From a virus (Duplodnaviria; Caudoviricetes), in the IMG/VR virus record IMGVR_UViG_3300044620_001883, positions 64,001 through 128,000 of that record: a stretch of DNA of 64,000 nucleotides; one strand, 5' to 3'. Under the pieces are notes generated by a model, which saw only the letters and a program-made list of their open reading frames with translations, made no database searches and was not told the origin of the DNA. Shown here in pieces: positions 56,676 to 64,000 of the stretch. Every line of letters begins with the position of its first letter. Position 1 is the first letter of the stretch. The position numbers and the translations under genes were made by a program.

Positions 56676-58434
56676 AACAAACACCACAGAACGGCGTAGC
56701 CTCAAGGCTCACGCGGATTTGATCCTGCAGGTAATCAAACGACAGGCTGGAACGTTGGCCAAGGCCGTCATGGAGGGTGTCATGAATGCCATCGATGCCG
56801 GTGCGACCACCATCCAGATTCAGCTCAAGCCAGACCGATTGATCATCACTGACAATGGCAAGGGCTTCGATTCGGCGGATCACATCAAGGATGTCTTTGA
56901 GGTGTTCGGCTCCCCACATGAGATGAACGAGGAAGGTATCTCGGTCGATGCCAAGTTCGGCACGTACCGGATCGGGCGTGGGCAGCTGTTTGCCTTTGGG
57001 GTGAACGAGTGGAAGTCCAACACGTTCAAAATGACGACGGACATCAATGGTCTGGGGTTGGCGTATGACCTGTCAGTCGGACAGTCCCCGCGGCTCGGGT
57101 GCGAGATCACGGTGCAGCTTTACGAAAAGCTGTCCATGCGGGACGTCCAGCAAACCACCGACGAGGTGACGAAGCTGTGTCGTTATGTCATCCCCACCCT
57201 GACCGTCAACGGTGTCAACATCGCCAGGGATCCGGCAGGCATGAAGTGGGACGTCGTCACCGACGACGCCTACATCAGCAAGAAGGTCAGCGAATCCCGC
57301 TGGCGTTACGGTTCCGGCCTGGATGTGTACCAGCAGGGGGTGTTTGTGGAGACCATCCCGGCATCCGAGTATGGCCTGGAGGGGACGATTGTGATCAAGC
57401 AGGCCGTGCAGGTGAACTTTGCCCGCAACCAGGTCATCCGCAGCTGCAAGCGCTGGAAGAAGATTGCCGCGTTGCTTCGTGACACAGGCACCAAGGATGC
57501 CGTCCAGAAGGTCAAGCTGGACGTGCATAAGGCCCGCAGCTTCATCCAGAACTTCGTCAGCAAGGATATCGATTACCAGACATTCAGGAATGTTCAGTGC
57601 CTGCCGGATGTACGGGGGCGCATGTGGTCGATGGATCAGCTGGACAAGTTGTCGCGTTCCAAGTCCTCTACGAGTCCCGTGTACGCGAATGCGCTGGGGC
57701 ATATCCCAGTGGGGTTCGGGCCCAGGAATTGTCGAGACGGGGACCGCGTCATCCAGAATGGTAAAGCGCTCGTGCTGGATGCGGTGTTGTTCCAGTACTT
57801 GGGGTTGTCCGACCAGCTTAGCGCGGCAGAATGCGGCGCGGCGGCTCTGGACATCATCCAGGGTGGCGGAACCAAGATCTTGACCTGGGTGGCTTATCAA
57901 ACCCTGGTAGAGGACAGCTCGGGTGACTATGAGCTGGTCCAGCAGAACAAGCTGACACCACAGGAGCAGGATATCATCAGTTCGTCGGCACACATTCTGG
58001 GTAACATGGCACGAACGCTCGGTGTCAGGAACCGCAAGCTCTGTCTGGGAAACAAGGCGAATGCTGAGGGTTGGACGGACGGCGCCACCTATGTGGCGAT
58101 ATCCAGGACCTGGCTGAAGGGTCTGCGCCTGGGCTACGAGCGGGATTGGCATGCGTTGACTCTGCTGCTCGCCCACGAGATGTGTCACGACGGTCAGGAC
58201 ACTGACACGCACAATCACACACCACAGTTCTATGAGGACTACCATGAGCTTACCCGGCGGGTACCTGTCTGGGCGCGCTGGGGGTACCAGCTGTATCGGA
58301 AGTACATGAACTCACGGCTTAGAAAACTGCCCAAGCAGATACAGGATCAGTTATTCATCGAGTCAGAAGCGGTCGTGTTGGCTGAGCTAGCGTACATCCA
58401 AGAACCAGTACCAGTGACAAAGAAAGCAGCATGA
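56668..58434 (+). CDS. GHKL (Hsp90/MutL/MORC-like) ATPase with C-terminal HExxH metallopeptidase-like module
   Basis: EGVMNAIDAGA (N box), ITDNGKGF (G1), FGTYRIGRGQ (G2-like); LLLAHEMCH...HNHTPQFY. Confidence 0.8.
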   Translation: MSKTNTTERRSLKAHADLILQVIKRQAGTLAKAVMEGVMNAIDAGATTIQIQLKPDRLIITDNGKGFDSADHIKDVFEVFGSPHEMNEEGISVDAKFGTYRIGRGQLFAFGVNEWKSNTFKMTTDINGLGLAYDLSVGQSPRLGCEITVQLYEKLSMRDVQQTTDEVTKLCRYVIPTLTVNGVNIARDPAGMKWDVVTDDAYISKKVSESRWRYGSGLDVYQQGVFVETIPASEYGLEGTIVIKQAVQVNFARNQVIRSCKRWKKIAALLRDTGTKDAVQKVKLDVHKARSFIQNFVSKDIDYQTFRNVQCLPDVRGRMWSMDQLDKLSRSKSSTSPVYANALGHIPVGFGPRNCRDGDRVIQNGKALVLDAVLFQYLGLSDQLSAAECGAAALDIIQGGGTKILTWVAYQTLVEDSSGDYELVQQNKLTPQEQDIISSSAHILGNMARTLGVRNRKLCLGNKANAEGWTDGATYVAISRTWLKGLRLGYERDWHALTLLLAHEMCHDGQDTDTHNHTPQFYEDYHELTRRVPVWARWGYQLYRKYMNSRLRKLPKQIQDQLFIESEAVVLAELAYIQEPVPVTKKAA

Positions 58435-58832
58435 TCAACAGTACAAAGTACAAGATAGCAAAGACCATCCGGGAGTACCGGGTGAACTACAATGGGTGGG
58501 ATTTACTCATTCCGGTTGGTTCCACGGTCGCGAACAAGACAGCCGGCGGGAACAATGACGCGTACCGGTTCCTGCAGGGTACTAATGAGTTTGCAAAGCT
58601 GGTGACGGGATACCCAAACTCCATTCTGGCCCATGACCTGACCCACTGCGGGCTGAACATCCCGGCTGAGTACTGCGAACCCTGGCCTGAGGAAGTCATG
58701 CCTGTGACACCGGATGAAGATGCTACCCAGTCCCTGGTACGGGACTGGCAGTACGAGGTTGCCAATGGTGACACCGTGCTAGGACTGGTTGAGTGGCGTA
58801 AGCACAAACAAGAGAGTGAAGACCGTGAGTGA
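58431..58832 (+). CDS. hypothetical protein
   Basis: ATGA coupling. Confidence 0.6.
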   Translation: MINSTKYKIAKTIREYRVNYNGWDLLIPVGSTVANKTAGGNNDAYRFLQGTNEFAKLVTGYPNSILAHDLTHCGLNIPAEYCEPWPEEVMPVTPDEDATQSLVRDWQYEVANGDTVLGLVEWRKHKQESEDRE

Positions 58833-60006
58833 AACGATCATCATACCCGCGCCGGAAGCTCCGTCGCCTTTAATGCTCGCCTACGGGCTTGGCGTGGATT
58901 CGACGGCCGTCCTAGTCGGACTACAGCAACAGGGCATCCGCCCCGACGCGATCCTGTTTGCCGACACGAAATCGGAGAAGCGCGAAACTTACGCGTACCT
59001 GCCCGTCATCCAGGAGTGGTTGAAGAAGGTGGACTTCCCACCTGTGACGGTCGTGGAATACCGGGTCAAGAACTTCAAGCACTGGCCCCCGTATCGAGGG
59101 CTGGGCGAGAACTGCCTGACCAATGGGACACTGCCGAGCTTGGCCTTTGGGTTCAAGTCGTGCTCGCTCAAGTGGAAGGTGCAACCCCAGAATGCATGGA
59201 CGGACGAATGGCAGCCCGCCATCGACTGCTGGGCCGCCGGTGGTCGCGTCCGGAAGATGATCGGGTACGACAACGGCGCCAAGGACCGGAAGCGGTACAG
59301 CCACGCCGTGGGGGTTGAGGATCCCAAGTACGACTACTGGTATCCCCTGATCGACTGGGGTCTGGACCGCGAAGGCTGCAAGGAATTGATCCGGTCAGCG
59401 GGACTCCCGGTGCCACCCAAGAGTGCCTGCTACTTCTGTCCTGCGACTCAGCCGGCGGAATTGCACGAGCACCGCAAGGAATACCTGCGAAACATTGTCA
59501 TCATGGAGGCCAGGGCCAAGCCCCGCCTCGACGGGTGCAAGACCCAGGAGTTGCTCGACCAGGAATGGCGTGAGCGTGAAGACAAGTGGTTCGCGAAAGC
59601 GGAAGCGGATTACGCGCTGGCACGAGACATCCTGGACCTTGCTCGTACTTCGGTGTTTCTGCCGCCTGCGTTTGCGGACATGGACGCCTTTGAGGCGTTT
59701 CTGAAGACCAGACCCAAGCGGCGCCTGGCAGGTTCCGGGACGGCCGGGCTGTGGCGTAGTGCCACCAAGACTCGGCCGGCCATGATGACGGACTACATCC
59801 GCGATCACAACCTCCTGCCTGCAGATGAGATCAAGACGCTGCAGGGCCGCGCACCTCAGGAGATCGTGGACACCATCCAGGCCTTCGCGAACGGGGAGGA
59901 CATCCTGAACTGGCACGACTTCCTGGAACAGTTCTCACCCGAGGATGCTCTGGACGAACTGCCCGGTGGTTGTGCTGGGTGTGATGCTATTGACCGATCT
60001 GTATGA
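58825..60006 (+). CDS. PAPS reductase-like / adenine nucleotide alpha-hydrolase (PP-loop) protein
   Basis: AYGLGVDSTA PP-loop variant, LFADTKSE, CSLKWK..P, YPLIDWG..REGC, PPKSACYFCP. Confidence 0.75.
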   Translation: MSETIIIPAPEAPSPLMLAYGLGVDSTAVLVGLQQQGIRPDAILFADTKSEKRETYAYLPVIQEWLKKVDFPPVTVVEYRVKNFKHWPPYRGLGENCLTNGTLPSLAFGFKSCSLKWKVQPQNAWTDEWQPAIDCWAAGGRVRKMIGYDNGAKDRKRYSHAVGVEDPKYDYWYPLIDWGLDREGCKELIRSAGLPVPPKSACYFCPATQPAELHEHRKEYLRNIVIMEARAKPRLDGCKTQELLDQEWREREDKWFAKAEADYALARDILDLARTSVFLPPAFADMDAFEAFLKTRPKRRLAGSGTAGLWRSATKTRPAMMTDYIRDHNLLPADEIKTLQGRAPQEIVDTIQAFANGEDILNWHDFLEQFSPEDALDELPGGCAGCDAIDRSV

Positions 60007-60458
60007 ATCCTGAGACATCTGAGGCACCTCAAGCCCCAACAGTAGACACAACCCCCGCGGCTGTGCCGGTCTTCCTGTACCTGCTGTATTCACATGGTGT
60101 GGGTGCTCTTGTGAACGTACCGCGCGATCTTAGTGCAGACAACTGGGGACGCATGCAGGACTTCTTCTGCCAATGCGCGCGTGTACCGCGCCCCCACAAG
60201 GGTGGCTATGTTGAGTGTTACCATCTCTACGAAAACCAACGGATGGGCGACGTGTACTGGGTTGAGGAGCTGGCCAGCTCGCAGGGTATGCGGTTTACGT
60301 TGTTACCACTCGCGACTGCGACCAACAAGGAAGTCATGCAGGTCAAATCCAACCTCAGACACAACCGGGATGTTGTGGGTCTGTCGATCCTGCGGGTGAA
60401 GCGCTGGATTCAGTTCCCGCCTGTTCGCGGAGACGCCCAACCCACACAAGCAGCATGA
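60003..60458 (+). CDS. hypothetical protein
   Basis: ATGA coupling. Confidence 0.5.
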   Translation: MNPETSEAPQAPTVDTTPAAVPVFLYLLYSHGVGALVNVPRDLSADNWGRMQDFFCQCARVPRPHKGGYVECYHLYENQRMGDVYWVEELASSQGMRFTLLPLATATNKEVMQVKSNLRHNRDVVGLSILRVKRWIQFPPVRGDAQPTQAA

Positions 60459-60658
60459 GCCCGAACTACCACACGCACTCCGAGATTGGACGTGCCAGGC
60501 ACGTCGTGACGTATCACGACGGGGTTAAACAACACCCGGATGGAAGTCCCTTCTATGACATCCACATATGCAGAACTGCAAGAAAGCTGGACACCTTCGT
60601 CAAAGAGCTGGAGAAGAAAGGTTATAGACCAACCAGAGTGCACGATGGCCTGTCCTAA
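60455..60658 (+). CDS. conserved phage hypothetical protein
   Basis: IGRARHVVTYHDGVKQHPDGSPFYDI. Confidence 0.65.
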   Translation: MSPNYHTHSEIGRARHVVTYHDGVKQHPDGSPFYDIHICRTARKLDTFVKELEKKGYRPTRVHDGLS

Positions 60659-60878
60659 CTGCGGTTCCAAATCCACCTGGGACGACTGCTCGTGCTGGGG
60701 CTGCAACAAGTGTGGTTGGTGTTCCCTCCAGGGTTTGAATCGAACCCCCACGGCCTCCTATCCTCGCTCCCCCCATGATGTGGCGGAGCGGGCCAGGACC
60801 TGGGGACACGATGAGGATCAGGAGTACCGGAAGCGTATGGGTCTCACATCCCACGAAGCCTTGGACGATGAAGATTGA
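60645..60878 (+). CDS. Zn-ribbon protein
   Basis: CPNCGS...CSCWGCNKCGWC. Confidence 0.55.
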   Translation: MACPNCGSKSTWDDCSCWGCNKCGWCSLQGLNRTPTASYPRSPHDVAERARTWGHDEDQEYRKRMGLTSHEALDDED

Positions 60879-61107
60879 TAAGAAACTCACACCCCAGGAG
60901 ATTGCCAAGGCTGTCATTGCCCACGCGGAAGCCAACTACAACACATCAGGCTGGGACGTCATCTGCGAGTGTTGGTCAAAGGATGAAGTCATTGCCTGGG
61001 TGCTGAAGTACCGTCTCAACACCGTGGAGAAAGCCATCAGGGAGTTCAAAAACATTGCCGAGGGTAATGATGAACAACGTCGAAGCCAGCTTGCCGAGGT
61101 CTGGTGA
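60868..61107 (+). CDS. conserved phage hypothetical protein
   Basis: AHAEANYNTSGWDVICECW. Confidence 0.6.
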   Translation: MKIDKKLTPQEIAKAVIAHAEANYNTSGWDVICECWSKDEVIAWVLKYRLNTVEKAIREFKNIAEGNDEQRRSQLAEVW

Positions 61108-61484
61108 CAGCCCCTACCATGCTAGACATCAAGATTACAGCACCTGATATCAGCGAAGGCTGGCATCAATATCCTGCGCCTATCCAGGCCAAGGCGGGTG
61201 TACATGACATCCTGGATCAGGAGGATAACACGATTCTATTCGTGCCTCTTTCCCGGCCTGCAGGTCATGGCGAAGAAAACGGCCGGTTCGTCCGGCAGGC
61301 TCCTACCATGGCCAAGCACCTGGTGGAGATGCTGGAGGCCCACTCCGTGTACTTTCCCTGCGAGAGTCCGCCCAGGAAGCAGGCGCGCTGCTGGGCGGGC
61401 GAGGACGCCTGTCCATCCTGTCAGATGTTTTACGAGATCGTAGAGACCCTCCGGCAGGCTGGATACAAGATTGAGCTGTCATGA
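61104..61484 (+). CDS. hypothetical protein
   Basis: GTGA coupling. Confidence 0.55.
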   Translation: MTAPTMLDIKITAPDISEGWHQYPAPIQAKAGVHDILDQEDNTILFVPLSRPAGHGEENGRFVRQAPTMAKHLVEMLEAHSVYFPCESPPRKQARCWAGEDACPSCQMFYEIVETLRQAGYKIELS

Positions 61485-61657
61485 GAGCACTCTCTGTCGT
61501 TATGCGTGATCTCATTGCGGTCCTGTTTTTAATCGGGTGGTTGGCTGGCATCGTCATCGCCAAGGGGTTCTGGTCTGTGCTGTTCGCCTGCGTGTGTCCG
61601 GCATGGGCCTGGTACTTGCTGGTGGAGCGGCTGCTCCAGCTTTGTAAGATTGTTTGA
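61481..61657 (+). CDS. small membrane protein (58 aa, below track cut-off)
   Basis: ATGA coupling; hydrophobic LIAVLFLIGWLAGIVIAKGFWSVLFA. Confidence 0.6.
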   Translation: MRALSVVMRDLIAVLFLIGWLAGIVIAKGFWSVLFACVCPAWAWYLLVERLLQLCKIV

Positions 61658-61673
61658 AAGTACAAGACAAAAT

Positions 61674-62012
61674 ATGGCTACGAAAAACATGTTACCTTTG
61701 AATCGAACCCTAGCCGTCAAGGCATGGGTGGACGCGCGCGCCGATAAAGAAACGTTCCTGCAAAACACGACCGACGCCGCTGCGGCTGCGGCGATCTCGG
61801 AAGGTGTGGGATTCGTCGTCACCGCCTCCAACGTCATGGGTCTCAGGAACGCCCTGGGAATCCGTAAGCACGCGGCGGTCAAGGAAGACAAGGCCAAGAC
61901 CGGAAAGGTCACCCGCCAGGAATTCGAGGCACTGTCAGCGACGGTCACCCGCCTGGAGGGTGACCTGAAAGCCGTGCAGGCCCATCTCAAAGGGCAGCTG
62001 CCCCTGAAGTAA
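61674..62012 (+). CDS. hypothetical protein with C-terminal coiled coil
   Basis: Biased codon usage; VTRQEFEAL...LEGDL. Confidence 0.65.
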   Translation: MATKNMLPLNRTLAVKAWVDARADKETFLQNTTDAAAAAAISEGVGFVVTASNVMGLRNALGIRKHAAVKEDKAKTGKVTRQEFEALSATVTRLEGDLKAVQAHLKGQLPLK

Positions 62013-62023
62013 AACCTGGGAAC

Positions 62024-62221
62024 ATGACACTCGAACAACTTGAAGTCCTAGGGTTTGACCGGTCTTACAAGACTGAGGATGGTGCAGTACGGGTGGGTTG
62101 TTCGCGCTGCGCCTCGATGGTGATTCAGGGTGTTCCCTGTCACGAGAACAGCTGCCCCAATGAAGCACGCGCGAGACGCAGGTTGGTAGGCTGCGGCGAC
62201 TTCGATGAAACCGATGAGTGA
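62024..62221 (+). CDS. small hypothetical protein
   Basis: CSRCASMVIQGVPCHENSCPN. Confidence 0.6.
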   Translation: MTLEQLEVLGFDRSYKTEDGAVRVGCSRCASMVIQGVPCHENSCPNEARARRRLVGCGDFDETDE

Positions 62222-62546
62222 CCTGCCAGTAAACACGAGCATCAATGCTGCTGGGTTCACCTGGCAACAGTCCGGAGTGAATGGTTGGTGTACCAAGTCG
62301 GGACCGCTGCTTATCAAGCTGCGGTATGCGCCGCCGCATGCCAATCCGTATCATCGGCCGCCAGGGTGGTACGTGACCTGCATGCACATGAACATTCACG
62401 GGCACAGCCTCCGCCTGGACGTCACTGACGCACTCCCGGTCGCATGCCGGTATGCGATTGAGCATCTGAAGGAGACGCTCCAGGAAACGCTGGATCTTCT
62501 TGAGGGTGACCCCAAGCTGGTCTGCGATGAGGAGGACGGCGAATGA
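62205..62546 (+). CDS. hypothetical protein
   Basis: ORF tiling. Confidence 0.5.
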   Translation: MKPMSDLPVNTSINAAGFTWQQSGVNGWCTKSGPLLIKLRYAPPHANPYHRPPGWYVTCMHMNIHGHSLRLDVTDALPVACRYAIEHLKETLQETLDLLEGDPKLVCDEEDGE

Positions 62547-62782
62547 CCTTCGCAGATCTGTACGTTATTGAGCACAGTGATTGGGTTCCAGATCCCGTCA
62601 CGAGGAAACCCCTCAAGCTCTTTTGGAGCAACGATCAGGGCTGGGTCGGTCCTGATTGCCCGGATGTACTTGTCCTACATGAAACGGAACGGCAGGAGTT
62701 CGGACGCATCTACGGACTCCCTATTGCAGGTGAGTTCTTGCGGCTGGACAAATGGTTGCAGAGCTTAAAGTTGACCCCATGA
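62543..62782 (+). CDS. hypothetical protein
   Basis: ATGA coupling; LFWSNDQGWV. Confidence 0.55.
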   Translation: MTFADLYVIEHSDWVPDPVTRKPLKLFWSNDQGWVGPDCPDVLVLHETERQEFGRIYGLPIAGEFLRLDKWLQSLKLTP

Positions 62783-63393
62783 CCAAAGCCAAAACGACCG
62801 ACAACACCACAGACTCCAAGGAGGAAGAGTACTTTATCTGGTACCTGGAGGAACTCATGGAAGCTGACTACATCACCAAGTGGAGCAGGGCCGAGACGAT
62901 CACGTTGTCCGAGAATGTACCAGTCTGGTACGTGAAGCCGATGAAGAAGGGACCAGACAAACCAGTGTCCAGGATCCTCATGCAGGACGCCAAGTACACA
63001 CCGGACTTCGAGGTCACCTGGCATCCCCGCGCCTGTGGGATCTTCTACGAGCGTCCGGGTCTGCACCCGACAACCGCGAAAGGGCTCAGGCCAGCACCCT
63101 TCACAGTACTGGATGACAAAGGGAAGAGTCTGCTGGAGATCAAGGGTGGTTTCATCCAGCACAGTCAGGGCCTCCAGTACAGCATCCTGGCCAAGTGGAC
63201 CTACGCAGTCACGGGACGGTATGTCCAGCGTGTCCAGGTTTCCAGCAAGTCAGGCTCGATCTTCGACAAGACGTTCTGCCCGGCGCGCTTCCAGCTGACG
63301 GATAAGACCTGTAAGTCAAGGGCCATGGGATTCCGTCCCAAGACTCTCAAGCAGTTTGTGAACACCCAAGCGGTGCTCATGCATGAATTATGA
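62779..63393 (+). CDS. PD-(D/E)xK-like nuclease
   Basis: YTPDFEV...LLEIKG spacing typical of restriction-endonuclease-fold phage nucleases. Confidence 0.6.
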   Translation: MTKAKTTDNTTDSKEEEYFIWYLEELMEADYITKWSRAETITLSENVPVWYVKPMKKGPDKPVSRILMQDAKYTPDFEVTWHPRACGIFYERPGLHPTTAKGLRPAPFTVLDDKGKSLLEIKGGFIQHSQGLQYSILAKWTYAVTGRYVQRVQVSSKSGSIFDKTFCPARFQLTDKTCKSRAMGFRPKTLKQFVNTQAVLMHEL

Positions 63394-63578
63394 CACATCC
63401 CGAATTTTCAACAGGGCTCGTCGTTCTCAGGGACGTCGCGGCGTATGCAGGCTGGATGAGCTTTCAAGTACAGGTCATGCGGAACAAGGTACAGTCTAAC
63501 CTGGTGCATGAGATCGCCCAGATGGTGTTCCTCGTTTCAATTCTCGTGGAGTTCCTTTCCTGGTTGAAGGCACCATGA
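63390..63578 (+). CDS. small hypothetical protein
   Basis: ATGA coupling. Confidence 0.45.
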   Translation: MTHPEFSTGLVVLRDVAAYAGWMSFQVQVMRNKVQSNLVHEIAQMVFLVSILVEFLSWLKAP

Positions 63579-63865
63579 ACACCATGCGGTCACCAAAACA
63601 GCTCACATTTCTGTTCCAGGACACGGTCACCAACACCATGAACACCTTGGAGTGGGAGACGCGTGATCGTACTATCGAGGACGCTTGGGACAATGTCGTG
63701 ATCTTCTTGTGTCGCCGCCACAATGTAGTACATGAGCTTCTCCAAGTGAGCCGGTTCGCGAAAATCATGACCTTCGAGGGGCTCTGCAAGGTGCTGGATG
63801 AGAGCAAGCCCCTGCGCCGTGCAACCCCACAGGAGGTCAGAGAACTGGAACGCAACAATGGCTAA
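63575..63865 (+). CDS. hypothetical protein
   Basis: ATGA coupling. Confidence 0.5.
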   Translation: MNTMRSPKQLTFLFQDTVTNTMNTLEWETRDRTIEDAWDNVVIFLCRRHNVVHELLQVSRFAKIMTFEGLCKVLDESKPLRRATPQEVRELERNNG

Positions 63866-64000
63866 CATGTCATACTGCCGATTCCAGAACACTCTCGTGG
63901 ACCTGCGAGACTGTGAGGAGCATATGAATCAACGTACGGAAACCAAGGAAGAGAGCGAGGCCCGGGACAAACTGCTGGAGCTGTGCGCCAGGATCGCCCG
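63858..64000 (+). CDS. conserved small phage protein (MANMSYCRFQNT family), 3' truncated
   Basis: ATG GCT AAC ATG TCA TAC TGC CGA TTC CAG AAC ACT; runs off the window end. Confidence 0.65.
   Translation, partial: MANMSYCRFQNTLVDLRDCEEHMNQRTETKEESEARDKLLELCARIA

Noticed and set aside
1-64000. CRISPR array, DGR or retron
   Set aside because: No regularly spaced direct repeats, no cas genes and no reverse transcriptase motifs (YxDD) seen in this window.
1-64000. Alternative genetic code (stop-codon reassignment)
   Set aside because: Long known genes (ligA, RNAP, MTases) are intact under code 11, and TGA, TAA and TAG all terminate genes at coupled junctions.

Overview
This 64 kb window (GC-rich) looks like part of a large, probably jumbo, dsDNA phage genome. 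Genes are densely packed, almost all on the + strand, and often coupled through ATGA/GTGA overlaps. No host housekeeping operons, tRNAs, rRNAs or CRISPR arrays were seen. Recognisable products: MazG-like pyrophosphohydrolase, Gp88-family protein, matrixin-like metalloprotease, GNAT/glycine-zipper fusion, a multi-subunit RNA polymerase polypeptide (beta C-half fused to a beta'-N-like tail), OGG-like HhH glycosylase, NAD-dependent DNA ligase, N6-adenine and C5-cytosine methyltransferases, two PAPS-reductase/PP-loop proteins, an acyl-carrier-protein fusion, a GHKL ATPase with a HExxH module, a PD-(D/E)xK-like nuclease and one antisense HNH endonuclease. About 100 small hypothetical ORFs fill the rest. 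The most unexplained signals are (1) a ~315 nt non-coding stretch at 5432-5745 made almost entirely of consecutive hairpins with GNRA/UUCG loops and a long-range helix, directly upstream of an orphan gene that is closed by a long hairpin; (2) a second structured intergenic element at 22812-23055 with a repeated GUGCUCCC loop and a terminator; and (3) the split/fused RNAP gene inside a cluster of glycine-zipper proteins carrying a recurrent K-x-A motif. Family assignments are from motif recognition by eye; no searches were run.
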